In this document: piece by piece, positions 1-8,287 of the stretch
Layout of the letters: every line of letters starts with the position of its first letter
Numbering within the stretch: the stretch's first letter is position 1
Assembly: GCF_051903065.1 (NCBI RefSeq)
Contig: NZ_CP178438.1
Strand: one strand, 5' to 3'
DNA length: 64,000 nt
Origin: Escherichia coli
Lineage (GTDB): Bacteria > Pseudomonadota > Gammaproteobacteria > Enterobacterales > Enterobacteriaceae
Program-made: the position numbers and the translations under genes
Notes under the pieces: model-generated
What the model saw: only the letters and a program-made list of their open reading frames with translations
Databases searched by the model: none
What the model was told of the DNA's origin: nothing

Positions 1-87
1 TTCACCGCAATGACGTATACCAAAAGCAAAACGTTTAAAACCGAAAATGGTGCCCGTCGCTGGCTGGAAAGAAACTCAGGTGAGTGA
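1..87 (+). CDS. ydfA: 3' end of a small prophage ORF (ydfA-like), truncated by the window edge
   Basis: Frame-1 open from position 1 to TGA at 85-87 (…MTYTKSKTFKTENGARRWLERNSGE*). Position immediately upstream of ydfB/ydfC/dicF matches the K-12 Qin dicA-ydfABC-dicF-dicB arrangement as I recall it. Confidence 0.4.
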   Translation, partial: FTAMTYTKSKTFKTENGARRWLERNSGE

Positions 88-88
88 T

Positions 89-217
89 ATGGATTTCGAC
101 ACAATCATGGAAAAGGCTTACGAAGAATACTTCGAAGGCCTTGCCGAAGGCGAAGAAGCTCTCAGCTTCAGTGAGTTTAAACAGGCGCTTTCCAGTTCGG
201 CAAAATCTAACGGCTGA
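89..217 (+). CDS. ydfB: small prophage protein, 42 aa
   Basis: ATG at 89, 42 codons (MDFDTIMEKAYEEYFEGLAEGEEALSFSEFKQALSSSAKSNG), TGA at 215-217. Below the 60-aa track cutoff. Size and position fit ydfB. Confidence 0.5.
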   Translation: MDFDTIMEKAYEEYFEGLAEGEEALSFSEFKQALSSSAKSNG

Positions 218-246
218 TAAGCGAAACAGCACCGCGAGGAATCAGT

Positions 247-465
247 ATGCAGAAACGAGAACCCGTCATCATCGCGCCAGACTATACCGATGATGAACTT
301 TATGAGTGGATGCGCCAGAAAATTAATGCAGCGCAGGATCTGAAATGGGCTAATGAAGCCAGGGCTAAGCAGGCTGAAAATCTGTCCGCTCTGGAGCAGG
401 ATATCACCAATCTGGAAAAAGCAGCGGCATTAAGCATTGCCAGAATGATTACATACCCGCGTTAG
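247..465 (+). CDS. ydfC: small prophage protein, 72 aa
   Basis: ORF track 247..465 (MQKREPVIIAPDYTDDELYEWMRQ…). Size and position immediately upstream of dicF fit ydfC. Confidence 0.6.
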   Translation: MQKREPVIIAPDYTDDELYEWMRQKINAAQDLKWANEARAKQAENLSALEQDITNLEKAAALSIARMITYPR

Positions 466-805
466 TAGCTAATCAACAAAGCTAAGGTTAGTAATTAAGG
501 AGTTCTCCACGGGTGAGGTGGAGTGCGTGCGCCGGACACGGGTGCGCATCCGGAACTGACAGTTTACTGAAAGGATATTTCCCTGAAAAGTCAGACCATA
601 ACGCGAAAGCGCACGGCGAGGTAGCTGGTTCATAGATAGCCTGTCGTTAAATTTTCATCGACCGTGCGCTTCCGGTTGTGGCAACCCGCGAAATGGCGCG
701 GCGGTAAGTATGGCGGGGTTATTCCTTCCCCGTTGAGGACACCGGGTTGTCAGGTTGACCATACGCTTAAGTGACAACCCCGCTGCAACGCCCTCTGTTA
801 TCAAT

Positions 806-863
806 TTTCTGGTGACGTTTGGCGGTATCAGTTTTACTCCGTGACTGCTCTGCCGCCCTTTTT
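806..863 (+). ncRNA. dicF: DicF antisense sRNA (ftsZ translation inhibitor) with intrinsic terminator
   Basis: Sequence tttctggtgacgtttggcggtatcagttttactccgtgactgctctgccgcccttttt: ggcgg (821-825) pairs with ccgcc (853-857), followed by a T-run at 859-863. Matches the DicF sequence as I recall it and sits between ydfC and dicB. Confidence 0.7.
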
Positions 864-1032
864 AAAGTGAATTTTGTGATGTGGTGAATGCGGCTGAGCG
901 CACGCGGAACAGTTAAAACCAAAAACAGTGTTATGGGTGGATTCTCTGTATCCGGCGTTAATTGTTAACTGGTTAACGTCACCTGGAGGCACCAGGCACT
1001 GCATCACAAAATTCATTGTTGAGGACGCGATA

Positions 1033-1056
1033 ATGAAAACGTTATTACCAAACGTT
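1033..1056 (+). pseudogene. dicB: dicB 5' fragment (first 8 codons, MKTLLPNV) interrupted by IS1
   Basis: ATG at 1033, atg aaa acg tta tta cca aac gtt = MKTLLPNV, the N-terminus of the cell-division inhibitor DicB. The IS1 inverted repeat begins at 1057. Confidence 0.7.
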
Positions 1057-1071
1057 GGTAATGACTCCAAC

Positions 1072-1575
1072 TTATTGATAGTGTTTTATGTTCAGATAAT
1101 GCCCGATGACTTTGTCATGCAGCTCCACCGATTTTGAGAACGACAGCGACTTCCGTCCCAGCCGTGCCAGGTGCTGCCTCAGATTCAGGTTATGCCGCTC
1201 AATTCGCTGCGTATATCGCTTGCTGATTACGTGCAGCTTTCCCTTCAGGCGGGATTCATACAGCGGACAGCCATCCGTCATCCATATCACCACGTCAAAG
1301 GGTGACAGCAGGCTCATAAGACGCCCCAGCGTCGCCATAGTGCGTTCACCGAATACGTGCGCAACAACCGTCTTCCGGAGCCTGTCATACGCGTAAAACA
1401 GCCAGCGCTGGCGCGATTTAGCCCCGACATAGCCCCACTGTTCGTCCATTTCCGCGCAGACGATGACGTCACTGCCCGGCTGTATGCGCGAGGTTACCGA
1501 CTGCGGCCTGAGTTTTTTAAGTGACGTAAAATCGTGTTGAGGCCAACGCCCATAATGCGGGCTGTTGCCCGGCAT
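1072..1575 (-). CDS. insB: IS1 transposase InsB (expressed as InsAB' by -1 frameshift)
   Basis: 167-aa [30 protein letters not shown]…, recognisable as IS1 InsB. Confidence 0.95.
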
Positions 1576-1769
1576 CCAACGCCATTCATGGCCATATCAA
1601 TGATTTTCTGGTGCGTACCGGGTTGAGAAGCGGTGTAAGTGAACTGCAGTTGCCATGTTTTACGGCAGTGAGAGCAGAGATAGCGCTGATGTCCGGCGGT
1701 GCTTTTGCCGTTACGCACCACCCCGTCAGTAGCTGAACAGGAGGGACAGCTGATAGAAACAGAAGCCAC
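1494..1769 (-). CDS. insA: IS1 InsA (repressor / N-terminal part of transposase)
   Basis: 91-aa [46 protein letters not shown]…, recognisable as IS1 InsA with its zinc-finger-like CxxC…CxxC. Confidence 0.95.
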
Positions 1770-1824
1770 TGGAGCACCTCAAAAACACCATCATACACTA
1801 AATCAGTAAGTTGGCAGCATCACC

Positions 1825-2928
1825 GCAAAACAGTTTCCCTCCTCACGCAATCTGGAAAAATTTGGTGAGGCCCGACAAGATTTAACCATAAAAGAACTGG
1901 CTGAAAAATTTCTGGCACTGAAAGAAACTGAAGTCGCCAAAACATCACTCAACACATACCGTGCCGTCATCAAAAATATCCTAAGCATAATCGGTGAAAA
2001 AAATCTTGCCTCATCGATTAATAAAGAAAAATTACTGGAGGTTCGTAAAGAGCTACTGACTGGATACCAGATCCCCAAAAGTAACTATATTGTTACACAA
2101 CCAGGGAGATCGGCTGTAACTGTAAATAATTACATGACAAATCTTAACGCCGTGTTCCAGTTTGGTGTTGATAACGGTTACCTGGCAGATAATCCGTTTA
2201 AGGGGATCTCGCCATTAAAGGAATCAAGAACCATTCCGGATCCTCTTTCGCGGGAGGAATTTATCCGTCTTATCGATGCGTGCAGAAATCAGCAAGCAAA
2301 AAATTTATGGTGTGTTTCTGTTTATACTGGCGTTCGCCCTGGTGAGCTGTGTGCACTTGGATGGGAGGACATAGATCTGAAAAATGGAACAATGATGATC
2401 AGGAGAAATTTAGCAAAAGACCGTTTCACGGTACCAAAAACACAGGCGGGAACCAATCGGGTCATTCATCTTATTAAGCCAGCAATCGACGCTCTCCGGA
2501 GTCAGATGACATTAACGAGACTGAGCAAAGAGCATATCATTGATGTTCACCTCAGAGAGTATGGCAGAACAGAAAAACAAAAATGCACCTTTGTTTTTCA
2601 ACCTGAAGTATCAGCGAGAGTAAAAAATTATGGTGACCATTTTACCGTTGACTCAATAAGGCAGATGTGGGACGCAGCGATAAAACGTGCCGGACTCCGC
2701 CATCGAAAATCATATCAGTCGAGACATACTTATGCCTGCTGGTCGCTGACTGCTGGTGCTAACCCGGCATTTATAGCAAACCAGATGGGCCATGCAGATG
2801 CGCAAATGGTATTTCAGGTATACGGAAAATGGATGTCTGAAAACAATAATGCACAGGTAGCTTTGTTAAATACACAGTTAAGCGAGTTTGCCCCAACCAT
2901 ACCCCATAACGAAGCAATGAAAAATTAA
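1825..2928 (+). pseudogene. intQ: prophage tyrosine integrase, 5'-truncated (open frame of 368 codons continues from the IS1 junction; no start codon until 2134)
   Basis: Reading frame open from the IS1 end to TAA at 2926-2928. C-terminal catalytic domain motifs are visible (…GVRPGELCALGWEDIDL…, …HLIKPAIDAL…, …SRHTYACWSLTAGANPAFIANQMGHAD…). The N-terminus is missing. Confidence 0.8.
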
Positions 2929-3115
2929 TTTAATATTTATCAAATAGTTGACACGTATGACTCTTGAAATCCATAAATTCAAGCGCAGTGCCCAGCCATC
3001 CCGATACTGCTGCTTTCACCAAATCCTTAGTGCTTCTTTCGTGTTTTTCTATTGTCATAATGGTTATCTCTAAAAAAGAGGTAAGATGCGTACTACTTAC
3101 TCGCCGTTATTGGTA

Positions 3116-4135
3116 TTATTCAGAAAAAGTGAGTAAGACTTTGCAGCAATGTTTTTGATCCTGTTCAAATAAACTAATGGCATCAGCAACATGCTGGAAA
3201 TCAAACGTATGGGTAATTAATTTTTCTGGTTTAATTAACCCTTTACTTAACCAGTCGATAACGACCGGAAATTTATTTGCATTTAAGCGTGAAGAGAAAA
3301 TAGAGAGTTCTTTTCCGGTAATTCCTTGCTGAATCACTTCAGACGGTTCACTGGAGAAGCCCATCAATACAATACGTGCCGCTGGAGAAGCCAGCGTTAC
3401 GGCCTCTTTCAGGATAGAAGGATGACAAGCCGCATCAATAATTAATGTCGGCTTTATGCCTTTTTCAGCGAAAATCTCGCCAAGCGGTGTCTGGCTGTTA
3501 TTAATCACCCAGTCAGCCCCGCTCTCTTTCGCTTTTTCCAGTCGTTCATCAATGCGATCGGCAACAATCACATTTTTAACGTTATAGACGCCTTTTAATA
3601 CCTGAACGATCGTCAGGCCGATTGGACCGGCACCATAAACCAGAACGGTATCATTTTCAGTCGGTTGACCATGTCCGGTTACGTTAGCCGCAATGGTAAA
3701 AGGTTCGATCATCACCGCATATTGATCGGCCACTGCTTCAGGAATTTTCCACGCATTTTTTGCCGGAACCACAGCATATTCACTGAAACCACCGTCAACA
3801 TGCACACCTAATACAGCGAGTGTCGTACAAACGTTCGGCTTACCTATAGAGCACGGATAGCAATGACCACAGCTGACCACCGGATCGACAGCAACACGTT
3901 CACCGACTCTGGCGCTTTCCACACCTTCACCCACCGCATCAATGACGCCAAAGAATTCATGTCCAATGACGCGCGGATATTTCGCAAAAGGATTATGCCC
4001 ACGATAAATATGGCTATCTGAACCACAAATTCCGGCAAGTTTTACTTTTACTCGAACTTCACCCGCTGACGGGGTGGGTATTTCACGTTCGATAATCGCC
4101 AGTTGATTCGGTTTTTCAATTAAAATGCTTTTCAT
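3116..4135 (-). CDS. rspB: Zn-dependent alcohol/polyol dehydrogenase-like starvation-sensing protein
   Basis: Start set at the MKSILIEKPNQL Met. GHEF and Cys-rich Zn-binding motifs and a Rossmann GAGPIG are present. Confidence 0.9.
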   Translation of the reverse strand: MKSILIEKPNQLAIIEREIPTPSAGEVRVKVKLAGICGSDSHIYRGHNPFAKYPRVIGHEFFGVIDAVGEGVESARVGERVAVDPVVSCGHCYPCSIGKPNVCTTLAVLGVHVDGGFSEYAVVPAKNAWKIPEAVADQYAVMIEPFTIAANVTGHGQPTENDTVLVYGAGPIGLTIVQVLKGVYNVKNVIVADRIDERLEKAKESGADWVINNSQTPLGEIFAEKGIKPTLIIDAACHPSILKEAVTLASPAARIVLMGFSSEPSEVIQQGITGKELSIFSSRLNANKFPVVIDWLSKGLIKPEKLITHTFDFQHVADAISLFEQDQKHCCKVLLTFSE

Positions 4136-4146
4136 TAACTTACTCC

Positions 4147-5361
4147 TTACCAGTTCCACAGCGTGCCATCTTCCAGACGTGCGACTGGTAGATAAGCAGG
4201 TTCATAGGGATATTTCGCCGCCAGCTTTTCATCGAATTCGATACCAAGACCCGGTTTGTCTCCCGGATGCATATAGCCGTTATCGAAAGTCCAGTTGTGC
4301 GGGAAGACTTCGAGCATTTGTTCGGAATAACCCATGTATTCCTGGACACCGAAATTGGGGACCCACAGATCAAAGTGCAGCGCCGCAGCCATGCAGACTG
4401 GTGACAAATCGGAAGGACCGTGTGAGCCAGTACGTACCTGATACAACGAAGCAAAATCGGCAATCCGGCGCATACCGGTAATTCCGCCTGCATGGGTCAG
4501 CGTGGTGCGGATATAATCGATGAGTTGCTCTTCAATCAGTTGTTTGCAGTCCCAGATGCTGTTGAAGACTTCACCCACAGCGATGGGTGTGACGGTATGT
4601 TGGCGAATGAGACGGAAGCATTCCTGGTTTTCCGCAGGCGTCGGGTCTTCCATCCAGAACATGCGATAATCTTCAATGCTTTTACCAAAGCGCGCCGCTT
4701 CAATAGGCGTTAAGCGATGGTGCATGTCATGCAGCAAATGTTCATTAAAACCAAACTTGTTACGTACCGCGTCAAACAATTTCGGCATGAAATCGAGGTA
4801 TTTCTCCGTCGACCACAGCTGCTCTTCCGGCCACTGTCCTTTGGTTGCGGGTTCATAAGCCAGACCTTTACCTTTCGACATGCCGTAGGTGGTTTTCATA
4901 CCAGGGATTCCGCACTGCACGCGGATGGCTTTGAATCCCAGCTCCTGATGACGGGCATAATCATCCAGAGCTTCATCAATACTGTGACCGGTGGTATGGC
5001 AATAAACCATCACCCCTTCACGAGATGCGCCGCCGAGTAACTGGTAAAGCGGCATGTTGGCAGCTTTGGCTTTAATATCCCACAGCGCCATATCAACCGC
5101 TGAAATGGCCGACATCGTAACCGGACCGCGACGCCAGTAAGCACCTTTATAGAAAAACTGCCAGATATCTTCGATACGGTGCGCATCGCGACCAATAAGC
5201 TGCGGACAAAGGTGATCCTGCAAATAAGAGGCCACGGAAAGCTCACGTCCATTGAGGGTGGCATCCCCAAGGCCCGTAATACCGTCCTCAGTGGTGATTT
5301 TTAATGTGACGAAATTACGCCCCGGACAGGTAACAAAAACTTCAGCCTTTACGATCTTCAT
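4147..5361 (-). CDS. rspA: enolase-superfamily dehydratase (mannonate dehydratase-like) starvation-sensing protein
   Basis: Start set at [17 protein letters not shown]…. Forms a tandem operon with rspB. Confidence 0.9.
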
Positions 5362-5566
5362 GTTCGATTCCTTGCATCGCTTGTCGTGATGCATGAAATC
5401 TACGCAACTGAGCTACTACCATACAAGTATGAAGATCAAAAAAAGCCAGAGTGATCACAAAAAAAGGCGTATATTTGCGCTGTGAATGGTTGACAAAAGA
5501 TGAAATAGAATACCTTTTATCAGCTGACACTTCCTCGTATCTTATTGATAAAATGGATTTATGTTC

Positions 5567-5893
5567 CTACGTACGCCCCCAGCCCGCAACAATGATCAAC
5601 ATGCCGCAAAGCGCAATCAACGCCCCCGTCCAGTCATAAAGAGTCAGTTTCACGCCATCCACAACGCGCAGCCACATCAACGCCGTGCAGACATAAACGC
5701 CACCATAAGCCGCGTAAACACGCCCACTCGCCGCAGGATGCAACGTTAACAACCAGACAAACAGAGCCAGTGAAATCCCCGCCGGAAGCAACAGCCAGAT
5801 ACTGGCGTTTCGTTTTAACCACAACCAGGGCAGAAAGCATCCAATAATTTCACACAGCGCAGTAGCAAAAAATAGTAACGTTGTTTTAATCAT
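5567..5893 (-). CDS. ynfA: UPF0060 small inner-membrane protein
   Basis: Hydrophobic 108-aa product starting [18 protein letters not shown]. Confidence 0.85.
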
Positions 5894-6027
5894 CTTTGTC
5901 ACTTATTGACATCATGTATAGTTATAGGGCGACATAATATCATCAATATAAACACCCTCTTGGTACGTTTTGCGTCCGCAGTGGATGGTGTAGAATCACC
6001 TTTAATCATTCACACAGGGAATGAATT

Positions 6028-6369
6028 ATGAAAATCACTCTCAGCAAACGAATCGGCCTGCTCGCTTTTCTGCTGCCTTGCGCACTGGCATTGAGCACAA
6101 CTGTTCATGCCGAAACTAACAAACTGGTGATTGAGTCTGGCGACAGTGCACAAAGCCGCCAGCACGCCGCTATGGAAAAAGAGCAATGGAATGACACGCG
6201 CAATCTGCGTCAGAAAGTGAATAAACGCACTGAAAAAGAGTGGGATAAAGCCGACGCCGCTTTTGATAACCGCGATAAATGTGAGCAAAGCGCCAACATC
6301 AATGCCTACTGGGAGCCCAATACTTTGCGCTGCCTGGACCGTCGAACTGGCCGCGTTATTACCCCCTAA
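6028..6369 (+). CDS. ynfB: secreted/periplasmic protein of unknown function (UPF0482)
   Basis: 113 aa with an N-terminal signal peptide ([28 protein letters not shown]). Confidence 0.85.
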
Positions 6370-6403
6370 CCTGTTATTGATTTAAGGAATGTAAGGACAC
6401 GTT

Positions 6404-6964
6404 ATGCCAAGCGCCCACAGTGTTAAGCTACGCCCGCTGGAGCGTGAAGATTTACGCTATGTACATCAACTCGACAATAACGCCAGTGTGATGCGTTACT
6501 GGTTTGAGGAACCCTACGAAGCCTTTGTTGAACTCTCTGATCTGTATGATAAGCATATTCACGATCAGAGCGAACGACGCTTTGTGGTGGAATGTGACGG
6601 CGAAAAAGCCGGTCTGGTGGAGTTGGTGGAAATTAACCATGTACATCGCCGCGCAGAATTTCAGATAATTATCTCCCCGGAGTATCAGGGGAAAGGTCTG
6701 GCAACCCGTGCCGCCAAATTAGCAATGGACTATGGCTTCACCGTTCTCAATCTCTATAAGCTGTATCTGATCGTCGATAAAGAGAATGAAAAAGCGATTC
6801 ACATTTACCGCAAGCTTGGCTTTACGGTTGAAGGTGAATTGATGCATGAGTTCTTTATTAATGGTCAATATCGTAATGCCATTCGCATGTGTATATTCCA
6901 GCATCAGTATCTGGCAGAGCACAAAACACCGGGTCAGACTCTCCTGAAGCCGACCGCACAATAG
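6404..6964 (+). CDS. speG: spermidine N1-acetyltransferase (GNAT family)
   Basis: 186 aa, [23 protein letters not shown]…; recognisable as SpeG. Confidence 0.95.
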   Translation: MPSAHSVKLRPLEREDLRYVHQLDNNASVMRYWFEEPYEAFVELSDLYDKHIHDQSERRFVVECDGEKAGLVELVEINHVHRRAEFQIIISPEYQGKGLATRAAKLAMDYGFTVLNLYKLYLIVDKENEKAIHIYRKLGFTVEGELMHEFFINGQYRNAIRMCIFQHQYLAEHKTPGQTLLKPTAQ

Positions 6965-6966
6965 CA

Positions 6967-7677
6967 TTAATAATAATCGATTGTATTTTTGATGGTGTAA
7001 ACCCGTTCGACGGCGGGTTTTACTCCTTCATCAACAATGATTAGCTGACAGTCCACCGGATTGGCGTGACTGTCATATTCACAGCTCTGTTTTACATTAC
7101 CAACCCGTTGATTGTTCAGTAAAGTAACCGCTGTGTAATCTAATTTTTTGATCGGATCCGTTGATGGCGTGGCGCTGACAGATAATGTTTTGTCGTTACT
7201 TTTCGTGGTTTTACCTAGCGGATACCCCTGATCATCATAGCGATATTCCATCTGCATCTGTTTGCTGCTGGCTTTAATCACGAAGCCATTATCATCGGTT
7301 TCCCAACTCACCCCGGCGGAAGGTAATTCCGCTAGCTGGCATTTTCCCTGTAAACGTACTCTCTTCTCCAGCGTCTCAGCATCACGGTAATAATTGGCGT
7401 CCAGTACCAGAGCGACCACGGTATTATTTTCCAGATCCAGTAATTCGAGTGAATCAAAACAGCCTTCTTCCGACAAAGTCCCCGAAACACGTTTCGTCAC
7501 TTCACCTTGCTCATCCATTAATGTCTGAGTGAAATCTTTTACCGGACCACGCAGCGGATCAAAATCGAATTCATTAGAGAAACTGGCCATCTCAGGGGTA
7601 AATGAAAGTGTTACCTCTGTGCGGTCACATCCTGTGAGGAATATCGCGAGTAAGCATGGTAGTAATTTGTATTTCAC
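6967..7677 (-). CDS. ynfC: lipoprotein of unknown function (UPF0257)
   Basis: GTG start inferred at 7677 (…VKYKLLPCLLAIFLTGCD, lipobox LTGC). The track ORF has an upstream in-frame ATG, so the true start is uncertain. Confidence 0.8.
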   Translation of the reverse strand: MKYKLLPCLLAIFLTGCDRTEVTLSFTPEMASFSNEFDFDPLRGPVKDFTQTLMDEQGEVTKRVSGTLSEEGCFDSLELLDLENNTVVALVLDANYYRDAETLEKRVRLQGKCQLAELPSAGVSWETDDNGFVIKASSKQMQMEYRYDDQGYPLGKTTKSNDKTLSVSATPSTDPIKKLDYTAVTLLNNQRVGNVKQSCEYDSHANPVDCQLIIVDEGVKPAVERVYTIKNTIDYY

Positions 7678-7784
7678 AACAGTCACCAGAGAGTAGAGAT
7701 GATTCTCAATCATAGTAGCAAATACAGTACTTTACACGTTAAATGCTATGCTTAAAGAAGTTATCTTCGCGTAAGGAGCTTATG

Positions 7785-8090
7785 ATGAAACTCTCAACCT
7801 GCTGTGCCGCGCTTCTGCTCGCCCTCGCCTCACCCGCGGTACTCGCCGCGCCGGGATCCTGTGAGCGCATACAGAGCGATATATCACAGCGCATTATCAA
7901 TAATGGCGTACCCGAAAGCAGCTTCACGTTAAGTATTGTACCCAATGACCAGGTTGATCAGCCTGATTCCCAGGTCGTCGGGCATTGTGCTAATGATACG
8001 CATAAAATTCTCTACACCCGCACCACCAGCGGTAACGTCTCTGCTCCCGCGCAGTCTACCCAGGATGGCGCGCCTGCCGAACTGCAGTAA
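7785..8090 (+). CDS. ynfD: secreted protein of unknown function (DUF1161)
   Basis: Start at the second Met of MMKLSTCCAALLLALASPAVLA (signal peptide); 101 aa. Confidence 0.8.
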   Translation: MKLSTCCAALLLALASPAVLAAPGSCERIQSDISQRIINNGVPESSFTLSIVPNDQVDQPDSQVVGHCANDTHKILYTRTTSGNVSAPAQSTQDGAPAELQ

Positions 8091-8174
8091 TACATTATCG
8101 ACTGAACGCCGGATACGACGCATCCGGCGATTTGAACATATAACATAACCCACCTTATTACTCATACCCTTCTA

Positions 8175-8188
8175 TTGATATGGATTAA
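8175..8188 (+). promoter_or_regulatory. candidate FNR-type site (TTGAT-N4-ATTAA) upstream of ynfE
   Basis: ttgatatggattaa matches TTGAT-N4-ATCAA with one mismatch, about 100 bp upstream of the ynfE start. The ynfEFGH operon is known to be anaerobically expressed. Confidence 0.35.
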
Positions 8189-8287
8189 TAATTCTTAACC
8201 CAAAATGGGTAGACTCCCTCTATTGTTAGCGCGCTAAATATTCAATATATAAACTTTTATATAACGATAAAGAACAGGGAGTGAGTT

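Larger units (their letters stand above)
1057..1824 (-). mobile_element. IS1 insertion sequence, complete 768 bp, with terminal inverted repeats
   Basis: Left end ggtaatgactccaacttattgat (IS1 IRR) at 1057; right end atcagtaagttggcagcatcacc (reverse complement of IRL) ending at 1824. Encodes InsA and InsB on the minus strand. The A6C frameshift motif (gagttttttaa on + strand) is at about 1511-1521. Confidence 0.95.

Noticed and set aside
1803-2078. 91-aa minus-strand ORF overlapping the IS1 end and the integrase fragment
   Set aside because: Spans the IS1 junction antisense to the integrase frame; an artefact of the junction.
4125-5270. Multiple 60-120 aa ORFs on both strands within rspA/rspB (for example 4125..4481, 4140..4493, 4717..5040)
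   Set aside because: All are embedded in or antisense to the long, well-supported rspA and rspB frames.
5395-5566. Possible CRP site (tgtgatcactctggc) upstream of rspA
   Set aside because: Only one half-site matches TGTGA; the second half is poor, so the evidence is insufficient for a call.
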